Source: Octopus sinensis
Taxonomy: Eukaryota
DNA: 64,000 bases
Direction: 5' to 3'
NCBI RefSeq assembly: GCF_006345805.1
Contig: NW_021832379.1
Coordinates: forward strand, 1-64,000
Under the pieces are notes generated by a model. That model was not told the origin of the DNA. It saw nothing but the letters and a program-made list of their open reading frames with translations, and did not search any database. Positions 39,701 to 52,000 of the stretch are shown here, piece by piece; position 1 is the stretch's first letter, and each line of letters opens with the position of its first letter. The position numbers were made by a program, and so were the translations under genes.

Positions 39701-41255
39701 AAAGCCTTGTGAGTGGATTTGGTAGATGGAAACTGAAAGAAGCCCAGCGTGTGTGTGTGTCCCCACCACCATCACTTGACAACCAATGCTGGTGTGTTTA
39801 CATCCCCGTAACTTAGCGGTTTGACAAAAGAGACCAACAGAATAAGTACTAGGCATACAAAGAATAATTACTGGGGTTGGTTTGTTCAACTAAAGGTGGT
39901 GCTCCAGCATGGCTGCAGTCAAATGACAAATATAAAGAGAAAAAGAATATATACACCATCACTGATGTTACTAGCCATTCCATAAGGTGACACACCTCAA
40001 CTACAAAAGCTGAACACTCATAAACAGCCTATGTGAGGGAGACTTTCAATGCACTCTGCACCTGGTTTTGAAATAATGTAGGCAACAAAGAAGACAACAT
40101 GATCACAACTTAAGGCCTTTTACATCCTAAACAATCTACATCAACACACACACACGTACTCCAACTACAAGAAATCTTCCTCTAAACTCCACCTTCTGCA
40201 CCCCAACCATCTACCACAACCATCTAAGCAACAACCCCAACATTTCTTGGATAATCTTCTAATTTTCATCACAACTAAACAAAGATACAGGTCACAATCT
40301 CAGCCTCAATACACCCCCCATGCTGCAACACCAAGCAATCATCCTTATCAGACACTTCTCAAAAATCAGCAGCTAAAAACAACACGGAAAAAGAACTCAA
40401 TCATAAAAAGACATTTGCTTTTTATGTAGATCAACCATTTTTTGATTATGGACCCCTTTGATTCTGATTTTATTCAAGTGGATTCCCTTAGCCATTCAAT
40501 ATATATAAGAAAAATCCTACTCATCATCATTTAATGTCTGCTTTCCATGTTGGCATGGGTTGGACGGTTTGATTGAGGACTGGCAAGCCAGACGGCTGTA
40601 CCAGGCTCCAATCTGATCTGACAAAGTTTCTACAGCTGGATGCCCTTTCTAATGCCAACCACTCCATGAGTGTAGTGGGTGCTATATATGTGCCACCAGC
40701 ACAAGGGCCAGTCAGGTGGTACTGGCATCGACCATGCTTGAATGGTGTGTTTTACATGTCACCGGCACGGGAGCCAGTCAGGCAGTACTGGCATCGATCA
40801 CACTTGAATGGAGCTTTTTACGTGCCACTGACACGAGGGCCAGTCAGGCAGTACTGGCATCGATCACACTTGAATGGTGCTTTTTACGTGCCACTGACAC
40901 GAGGGCCAGTCAGGCAGTACTGGCATCGATCACACTTGAATGGTGATTTTTATGTGCCACTGGCATGGGATCAGTCAGCTGGTGCTGACAATGACTGTGC
41001 TCGAATGGTGCTTTTAACGTGCCACCTGCATGAGGGCCAGTCAGCCATATTTGTATCGTTACCAGCGTCGCCTTACTGGCACCTGTGCCGGTGGGATGTG
41101 TAAAAAGATTCAAGTGGGGTCATTGCCAGTACCGCCTGACTGGTTGCACGTAAAAACTCTGCCAGATCAAGATTGGAGCCTGGTGCAGCCATCTGGTTCG
41201 CCAGCCCTCAGTCAAATCGTCCAACCCATGCTAGCATGGAAAGCGGACATTAAAC

Positions 41256-41289
<34 letters not shown>

Positions 41290-44200
41290 AATAAGAATTG
41301 TATAAAAACATTGTTAAAATATTTTGTGTACTGCAGAAGTATAAGCAATTTGTTTCACAAATTTAAAAAATAAAATCTTATATCGACCCTTAAGGGTAAT
41401 ATGTACCCTGGTTGAGAAGCACTGATTTAGATTGTCATTTTGATCTCTTCCTTCCATCAGGTACAGCAAGATGTAATATGAAAATCTAAAATCTCAAAAG
41501 TGTCAGGGCCAGACAAAAATCACAAACATACACGTAAAGCACCAGGGGCTTGAAGGAATCTCTGCACACACTGACATCTACAGACATAACACACATGTCT
41601 GCCTGATCACAGTGAACCTGGACTAAGCAACGACAACTAATTCACAAATTAAAGTACAGTATAATCTCATCTAAACAAATTCTTTATTTTTATGGAGAAA
41701 TTCTTACCTTTAGCTTTTCATTGCTCTCCTGACTCTTTAAAGATTCTTCTGAATGACTCTTGTAATTTAAACCTGGAATAAAACCAAAAGTTAGAGGAAT
41801 GCAGAAAATAACACAAAAGTTTAAAACTAATCGTTTCTTAAACCAAATGAAAATTTATTATTATTTTTTTGGCTTTGTTTTATCCATGAATATTTTTGCT
41901 ATGAAAAAGGGAATAGCACAACTGGAGCTCAACATAATAGCAGAAAAACCTGCTCTTATGTACACGATCAAATGAATAAGCATTTTAACCTCACAGCAAA
42001 CAACCTAAAATTTTTCACATTAAAGTGGATTAAGGATTAAGTTAATATAATTACTACTAAAGACGCTACTGGCATTTGAGGTCATGAGTTCAAATTATAC
42101 CAGAAGTCTTATATTTCAGTCTTGAGCAAAGCATATTACTTCATCCCTTATTTTCCACTGAATGTCCCTTTCACCTCCTCCTCCCTTGTACAACCCTACA
42201 TTTTGCAGATGGCAGCTCTTACCCCATCTCCCCCTGTTTCCACCCGAGCCCTGTGCATCTCTCTTATTTCACATCTTCACTATCTTCTCTCTTTCCCAAT
42301 TGGAGTAACCATGTATCTCTCCTCAACAAGATATCTGTACACTTCTCATCACCAGGCAACAAGCAACATCCCTCAATACTTTCAGCCCATCCTCAGCTGA
42401 GGGGGTGGGGGTGGAGTCTTGTCTTGGGAGCTACTCAGTAACCTCATTTGTGTTAGGACAAATGTAAACAGCACCAAGTGCACTCTGGAAAATGGATAGT
42501 ATTAGGAAGGGTACCCAGTCATAGAAACCACACCAAAGCTGACATTGGGGCCTGACACAGCTTTGCAGCATGCTAAACCCTGTCAAATCATCCAACCCAT
42601 GCCAGCCTGGAAGACACAGGTTAAATGATGAGGATCTGTTTTGTCCAAACCACCCACACCTATGTTTCTATGAAAACTCATACAAAATGATTTAGCTTTA
42701 TAAAACAATAAAATTAATTAATTAAATAAATGACCACTGACTTTTGCTTGACTTTGATCGAGATTCCTTTTTCGACTGATGATCTTTGTGGGAAGATCGC
42801 TTCTTACTGCTTTCAGACCTTTTAGAACTGGAACTTTCTGGAGTGAAGGAAATGGAAAGTTTTAGAATTGGACAACCAAAACAGGAACCCTAAGTTACAA
42901 CAGTTGAAGTCATTCACTCATGAGGTCTGTCTTCATATCCCAGAAAAGCATTTTAAAAAAATTTTACCCTTTAACAATTTAAATATTACTTCATCATTAC
43001 TATACATCAATTTAGCACATTACCACCATAGACCATTAATTTAACAAAATGAGACAAGTATGTGATTAAAATGCCTTTTGATCTGCAGGCACCGGCTTTA
43101 AAATTTCTTAGAAACATATTGTATAATTTTTATATACACAAAGCACATTACTTTCCCCCAAAACCAGTTTAATTATCACATTGATAATCATCTGACTTCA
43201 CAATTGAGTAACTGACATTATAAGGACTAGCAGAAACATGACCCTACAGCTGGTTGGTTCCTGCTAGTGTACATCATGTTTGCCTCTCCAAAACTGCTGT
43301 GATGTGCATATCTGCCCATATATATATTTATATATATATATATATAATCATTGTTTAATGTCCATCTTCCATGCATACATGGGTAGGACAGTTGACAGGA
43401 GCTGGCCAGATAGCAAAACTACTCTAGTCTACTGTGTCTGTTTTGGCAGAGATTTTACGGCTGGATGCCCTTCCAAACACCAACCACTTAGTGCTTTTTA
43501 TGTGACACTAGCACAGGTGAGTTTATTTATTTATATATCATTATCATCACTTAATGTGTTTTCCATGCTGGCATGGGTTGGACGGTTTGACTGAGGTCTA
43601 GAGAGCCAGCAACTGCATCAGGCTCCAATCTGATCTGGCAATGTTTCTACAGCTGGATGCCCTTCCTAACACCAACCACTCCAAGAATGTAATGGATGCT
43701 TTTTATGTGTCACTGGCACAGGAGCCAGTCAGGTGGGCCTGGCATCGATCATGTTCGTACAGTGCTTTTTACGTGCCACCAGCACAGGAGCAAGTCAGGG
43801 GGCACGGGCATTAGCCACATTCAGATATATATATATAATAATATAAGCTAAGTAAAATAGTGGTTGTCCATGGATACAAACAGGTCCTCTACATTCTTCT
43901 CTCAAGCAAGAGATCCTAGTCACGTGGGCTTGTGGGTTCTGGTGCCACATAAACGTGCCCATGCTGCTACCATATAAAGCATCCAGTAGTTGGCATTAGG
44001 AAGAGCATCCAGCTGTAGAAACCATGCCAAAAGTCACAAATGGAGACCAGACAGCTCTTGTCCAGCTGTCCAACCCATGCCAGCATGGAGAACAGGTGTT
44101 AAATGATGATGATGAACACACATATATATATATATCTCTATATATAAAACTGAAATGCGTTTTTACCGCTTGGTTCGCTTTCAATGCCACTACATCCCGT

Positions 44201-46044
44201 CCGATTCGCTCCAAAATTTACAGGGACATGTAGAATGAGGTGACGATGCGCGTGGGCTACCTTACAAATCCCTATCTTAAAAGGTGTGGTTGCTAGGGGC
44301 CATCTTCCTCACTCACCCTATTTCCTCCTTTCCCTCTCTTACTCCTCTTCATAACTTTCAGAAGTCCACTACGGTTATTTAAAGTATCTGTCACTATCGC
44401 TATTTCCTTTCTTTTTCACTGACTCTGTTTCCTACCTTCCTATCACTTCGGTGACGTTCTTTTAAGTATATGTCTGTCACCAACAATCAACACACGAGCA
44501 TGAGAACAAATATTATGAATCAGATATTCTTGCGTTCATTTATATGTGTGTGTGTGTGTGTTCTATATATAAATATGTATATATAATGTATGTGTGTGTG
44601 TGTTGTTCTATATAAATATGTATATATAATGTATGTGTGTGTGTGTGTGTGTTCTATATATAAATATGTATATATAATGTATGTGTGGTGTGTGTGTTCT
44701 ATATATAAATATGTATATATAATGTATATATACAAAGTGTATATATCTGTATTTATGTATATTAAACTTTTTCATACTTTTTCATAGTTATATATATTTT
44801 TAAACAAATTATAAATATAATTTCATAATTTTTATTTTCAATTTAAATAATTTAAAGTTTTCAATTTTATATTTTACTAGCAGTATCGCCCGGCGTTGCT
44901 CGGGTTTGTAAGGGAAATAACTATATAAGCATTTTTAGTGAGTTATAGCAAAAAAAATAGCAAAAAATGCATTAAAGATGGAATAAAAAAATGATAGTAA
45001 TTTCTTTTTTAATCGTTGACTCATCGTAGACATTTTTAGAGAGTTACTTCCCTTATATAATAGCGAAAAATGCATTAAAATGGAATAAAAAAATGATGGT
45101 AATTTTTTTTTTAATCGTTGACTCATCGTAGACATTTTTAGAGAGTTACTTCCCTTATATAATAGCGAAAAATGAATTAAAATGGAATAAAAAATGATGG
45201 TAAATTTTTTTTTAAATCGTAGACTCATCGTAGACGCGCGCTAATACCCAGAAGGGATCGATATGAATCACAACTATAAGATACCCGGTTTTGGTTACAC
45301 TGCACCGCAAAATGTGGGAGTAGTTAGGAATCTAAATCGTAGCAGACAGACAACCTTACACACAACCTTACTTTTATATATAAAGATTTGTGCAACAAGT
45401 AAAACATTCGGTTGTGCAAATTGTTTGCACAGGAAACCTGCCCTGTGTGGCGGTTTTTGCCGTTTTTGTGGATCTGTTTCAGCTTTTTTAGCGATTTCTG
45501 TTTTGGCGACTTCAAGCCATGAAGTCGTTGTTCTAAAAGAACGCTGGTCTCCTTCACAACGCATTACGACGTTGATTTCCTTACACTCCCTTCCCCACAG
45601 CTTCACGAGGGAGGGAAGAAGGGGGAGAAGCAACACAGGTGCAGGCGTGAGCGTGGACGCCAACTCCGCCGCCATCGACGCACGAAAAAATATGCATTAA
45701 AATGGAATAAAAAATGATGTTAAATTATTTTTAAAATCGTAGACTCATCGTAGACGCGCGCTAATACCCAGACGGGCTCGATATGAATCACGACTATAAG
45801 ATACCCGAATTTGGTTAAACTGCACCGCAAAATTTGGGAGTAGTTAGGAATCTAAATCGAAGGGGACAGACACTCACACAACTACAGTTTTATATATATA
45901 GATATATTTTCTATGTTATATTTTCTTTTTTTATGTTTTTGTTTTTGGTTTTTCACTGTTTGATTTGCCTATTAGTGGTTTTATCTCTAATTTAATTTAT
46001 ACAGATATATATCTCATTTGTATACATTTGTATATATAATGCGT

Positions 46045-46085
<41 letters not shown>

Positions 46086-49000
46086 CACATATATATATGT
46101 GTGCATTACGTAGTCTGTCGATTCACCTGAAAATATGCACACCTATGTTAAAGGTGCTGACAAGTTTGCATCACAACTATTTTGTTCCTCAAATGAAAGG
46201 CGTCACCTCTAGGACAAAATACCTCATCTTATAAAATGTGGCCCCAGTACACCCGAATGAAATCGGGTTATATTAACCAAAATGTGAAAAGGGGTCTAAA
46301 TGGGGCTGGAAGGGGATTAAAATTTCAAAGAGCGGGTGTTTAGGAATTCTCTGTTGCATCAAGCTAAAAAAATTGCGCCAGCCTTTTAATCGTCAATGTG
46401 TTGCCGTCCATGATAAAGAAGTTTTGAATGCTTGCCATGGTGAGTCTACTGTCGTGAGAAAGAATCACTTCAAAACTTGGTGTTTACGAATTTTCTTTTA
46501 CATCAAGTTCAAAATTTTACGCCAGCCGTTAAACTGTCACTACGTTGCTGTCCGTCGTTAACAAGTGCCAGCCATGGTGACTCTACTATCCTCAGATTCT
46601 ATCCCTTCAAACTTTGGTTTCCAATATTTTATTATTTTTATTCAGCTCGCAAGTTCGTCTGTCCCTTTTGAATGTTAGCGTTTTGCTGTCTGCCTTGAAG
46701 CAGACCTTTCCATTGCCACTGCCTGATATTTATGATTGATCTTTCTAAATATTTTATTTCTCAACTTACTCAAGATCTTCTGTTGTTTATAAATGGGAGA
46801 GAATTAGATAAAGATAGAGAGTAAGAGAAAGCGAGGGAGAGTCAGAGAGAAAAGAAAAGTAAGAGAGTGGGAAAGTGAGAGAGAAAGGAGAGAGAAACAA
46901 ATACGGATAATCATCATCATCATCATCGTTTAACGTCCGTTTTCCGTGCTAGCACGGGTTGGGCAGTGTGACCGGGATCTCGGAAGCCAGGAGGCTGCCC
47001 CAGGCTCCAGTCTGATCTGGCAGTGTTTCTACAGGTGGATGACCTTCCTAACGCCAACCACACTGTGAGTGTAGTGAGTGCTTTTTTCGTGCTGCCGGCA
47101 CTGGTGCCAGGGGGGCTCGCAGTGGCAACGATCGGTTGGTGCTTTTTACGTGCCACCAGCACAGAAGCAAGTCAAGGCGGTGCTGCAATCGGCCACGTTC
47201 GGATGGTGCTTTTTACGTGCTGAAAGGAAGCAACAGAAAGTAACACCCACACTCTTACCCGCGCGTAGAGCGTGTCACCTTCAGCTAGTATATATATATA
47301 TATACATACATATAATATATATCACAGTATATTGATTCAGACCATTGGATGTTGTTGTATGCTGCTCGTCACAGTGCACTTCTTTGCATTGTTGTAGCTT
47401 TCGAAAGATGCCACACTGCTGCCTAAGCAGGCAGGCCAACATTCCCTCTGAATGGAATGCCAGCCTGTCACAAGGTTAGCCATTCACAGCTGAGTGGACT
47501 AGAGCAACATGAAATGAAATGTTCTGCTCAACAACACAATGCACTCTCAGTCTATGAATCCAAATCACAATGTTGTCATCACAAACACAACACCCTAACC
47601 ACTAAACTAAGCGCCTACACACACAGTCTTAATTTTGCATATCCCACAACAATGACTGGTATAGCTCTGTGATTTGATGTAAAGATATCCAGTTTTACCT
47701 TCCTCTCAAAGCAACATAAAGATTTCAATTCAGCAGGTCATCTGTAAGCTTTGCAGTCCAAGCAAACATTGAACCTGAATCAAAACATGTCGACATATCA
47801 TATATAAGCTGGTATAAAAGAAACAAAACCATTTTTAATAAAAGAATACAATAAACCAAATATGGCACCTACCTTTCTTTTCTTTTGTTCTTTTCGATGC
47901 ATGTTTATGAGTTTTACTTTTCTTGGGAGGTTTTGACATACAATAATCTTCATCAGAACTGTTCCTGCTCACTGTTCTTCCACTGTCTGATTCCTTGTGT
48001 TTTCTTTTCATGTGGTGCCGATCAGATACCTCACATTGTTTCTCTTCTTCTTCCAACCGCCTCAACTCATTCTAATAAGAAATTTTTCATACAGTTAGAT
48101 TTTTTAAATATGGAATAATAACTTTTAAAAACTCAGAAATTATAGAAAAAAACTTATTAAAACAAAATCTCAGAGTTATTTAATGGAAACTGTTTAGAGG
48201 AATACATTCCCCACCATGCTCCATGCTGGCATGGGCTGGACAGTTTCACAGGATCAAAGAACTACATCAGACTCCCGTATTTGTTTGGGATGTTTTCTAG
48301 GGCTGGACCCCCTTCCCAACACCAACAACTTTACAGTGTGTATTGGGTACCTTTTTCGTGCAAACAACACTAGTGAGATTGCAATGCAGCTTGCAAGACT
48401 ACAAAGCCCGAGTGGAGAGGGGGAGTTTATAGTAGGAGAATAGGGAGTTGGGTTAAGTGCAAGAAAAGGACCAGAGAAGAACAGGTTAATTGCTGAAGAG
48501 GAGTTACATGACTATTCGCATTTTAGAAGTAAGGGCGGTGTTGAGAGGAGGGTGGGGCAAGAAAGTGATATAAGTGAGCCATGTAGGGACATGACTGACA
48601 TTCAAGGAATTTCAGTACATTATATTGCTTCCACTACTTATTTCAGCACTCAATGACCATTTCAACATAAAGGGATCATAAGCTGGCAGGATAGGGAGCA
48701 TATTGAACAAAATTCTTAGCAGTATTTCTTCAGGTTTTCTGTTCAGAATTCAGATGTCGCCGAGGTTGACTTTGTTTGCCTTTGAATATAATAACAACAC
48801 ACCTGTGCTTGTTCCTCTATTGCACTTTAACTCCTCAACACCCAGCACAAAGCCATCTTCACCCCTTGCTAATCAAGGGAGCTTTTGCCTTTTCTTGTCT
48901 TGAAAGTTACTTTCACAACCTCACGTGACACACAATGCCAAAATGAGAAGCCACAAATACACACACATATGTGTGTGTGTTTATGAGACAGGCTTCTTTC

Positions 49001-52000
49001 AGTTTCCCTTCACAAGGATTTAGTCAGCTCATGGCTATAGAAGAAGACACCAGCCCAAAATGTGCAATGGGACTGAACCTGAGACCATACAGTTAAGAAG
49101 CAAATTTCTTAAACATGTCCACACTTGTTTTGGATAAAACAAAAACAAAAACTGCTGAAATAGGGATTGATCTTGTTTGTGGCAATCATTAAGAAGCTTC
49201 CTTCCCAACCATATGGTCTAGGGTTCAGTCCCACTGCATGGCATTGTGAGAAAGTGTCTTCTGCTATCACTCTGGGCTGACCAAAGCCTCGTGAGTAAGT
49301 TAGTTAGTTAATTTTTTGGCTCAAAAAGCAAAAAGCAAGGCCATGTAGGGGGACATGGAGTTATGTACAGGGTGGTGTTCATGTAAAGAGTTCAGGCCAC
49401 TTGTGGTCAAGGGAGACTTTGAACCGAGCGGTCGTCAGCATCTTCACCATCTTGTCCGGCAGCTTATTCCACGGATCCGCAACCCGGACGGAGAAAGCCC
49501 CTCTCCTTTGATTGAGACGAAATCGTCGCAGATAGAGCTTTTCGGAGTGACCCTGCAGCCAACGCTCTGGAGCAGGAGTGAAGAATAGCTCTTTCAAGAG
49601 GTTACACTTTCCGCTTATGATGTTGTGAGCAAGAATGAGATCACCACGGCGTCGTCATTTTTCTAGAGAATAAAGGTCGAGCGTCTTCAGCCTTTCTTCA
49701 TAAGACAAATTCTTGAGACCAAGAACCATGCGGGTAGCCAGCTTCTGGACTCTTTCGAGATGCTGTATGTCTTTGAGGAGATAAGGAGAAGAGGCTTGAA
49801 TCCTGTACTCCAAAATGGGTCTCACCAGCATGACAGAGTGGTAGGAATATGGCTGCTGTGAGCATTCCGAATGACCGTCGAATCAAGAACAGAATTCCGC
49901 GTGCTTTGTTGGCAGCATGGACGCACTGGGCCGAAAGCGAAAAGGAGGAATCCACCAAGATACCCAGGTCCTTTACCTGATTGGTCCTCCCCAGCAGCAG
50001 ACGACCCGGCTCGAAATCAAGTTGAGTTGCAGGAGGAGAGCCAACAGGCAGATGACAGCACTTTGACACGTTCAGACACTGGTCCCATTCGTTAGACCAT
50101 CTCCAAATTTGGTGGAGGCATCGACGAAGATCCTCTATATCACCGCAAGGAGCGACCAGTTTGACATCGTCGGCAAATAGAAGGGTGTGTTGCGTGAGGT
50201 CGTCGGGCAAGTCATTTATGAAGACTAAGAACAATAAGGGCCCAAGCACTGAACCTTGAGGCACGCCACTGCTCGCACTGGAGACGTTGGACCGCGAACC
50301 ATTAACTTGGACTTGGAAGGAGCGATCTGAGAGGAAGGCACCAACCCATCGTACAATATCCGGATGAAAACTATATGCTTGAAGCTTGACAAGTAATAGG
50401 CGGTGGTTTACCGAGTCAAAAGCTTTGGCAAAGTCCAATAAAACGATGTCAACAGCATCACTATCATCGAGGATGCGCGTCACCAATTCTTCCATTACCA
50501 GTAAGTTGGTCAAGCATGATCTCTTCGGCACAAAGCCGTGTTGGGAATCAGAGATAGAGGCTGTGTTTTGGAGGTGGAGCATCATACTTTTCTTATATAT
50601 ATATATATATAAGTATATTTGGTAGATGGAAACTGAAAGAAACCCATCTATATACACACACACACACACACACATAAATACCATAAAAATCCATGTAATT
50701 TGCACACCTGTGTAATTTACACAGGTGATTTTCAAAGGTAGGGGAAAAAAACATTAAAAAAATCTCCACAACTTACCACTTTCCTCTCTAGCGCCAATTC
50801 CAGTTCACGATCAACCTCATCAATATCAATATTACTCTGCTCAGAATCAGAACCTAGTGATGCTTCTTTGTTATTAGCTGTGGTAATATCAGTATCAAGG
50901 TTCAATTCCAATGTGGCTTGCTGTTCTTGTTTGTTGGATGTAGTGTCCTCCCTCTGCATTCGAGCTTTGAATTTCTTTTTGCACATTTCTATTGTTAAAT
51001 CGGATATGTTCACGGTGGATGCTAGGGATTCAGTGTTACTGCTACTGCTACTAGTACTACTATTACAGTTGGCATTGTTCGTCATGTGAGCACCGTTTCC
51101 ATCAACAACACAAGCAGTACCTTCTGTATATTTATCTGTTGTCATCTCCAAACTTTCAGCCACTGGTGATGAGCTAACAGTTGAAGAAATTTTGCTATCA
51201 GATTCCATAGTTTCCTCGTTGTTGACATTTTCTGAATTCCCTGGCAAGCACTGAGTGTTTTCTGTAACATCAGGGGAGGCAGTCTCCTGCACCAACTTAG
51301 CTTCAACATATGTTTCTTCTGAAAGGATTTTTTCTTTCTTATCAATGACATCATCAGGCTGTGGCTCAGATGACTCTGCACTTTCTGATACTGTTTTTTC
51401 TTCTGTCGCTATTGCAGACGACTCGGATTTATCTTGTCCATTTTTCTTCTTCAGGTCACTGAAAATAGCAAGCATGCACAATAAGCTACACACACACACA
51501 CAGAGGACTAGATTAAGACACAGAGGCCTAAGCTTGTAAAAGATTTTGGAGTAATTGAAAATATCCTATGACAGTACTGCCAGATTGGCACTCGTGCCAA
51601 TGGAACGTTAAAAGCACCATCCAAGCGTGATCGTTGCCAGGGCCGTTGACTAGCTCCCATGCCGGTGGCACATAAAAAGCACCATTTGAGCGTGATCGTT
51701 GCCAGCGTTCCCTTACTAGCACATGTGCCAGTGACACGTGAAAAACAACGTTGCCAGTGTAGTTTCTGCTCTTGGCAACTCTGCACATAAAAGTTGTGAA
51801 GTTGTTGGAGTGAAGAACAAAAGCTTAAAATGTTCTTTTTCTTTTTTATTGTCTATGTAAACAGAACAACATTTGAAGCAAAGCTGACAGCAAATAAGAT
51901 GGCTTTAACTGCAGGTATATACCTGACTCTGACTGACTCCTCTTTATGTAATTAAGTGGTTGTAGTCTACATATCTCACAAAGTGTATGCATACGCTTGT

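Noticed and set aside
40020-40430. Possible APE-endonuclease relic (GDF-like motif)
   Set aside because: Too degenerate to support by eye.
45263-45700. ORFs inside the Helitron as RepHel or a captured gene
   Set aside because: No Rep or helicase motifs, and they cross internal repeat boundaries.
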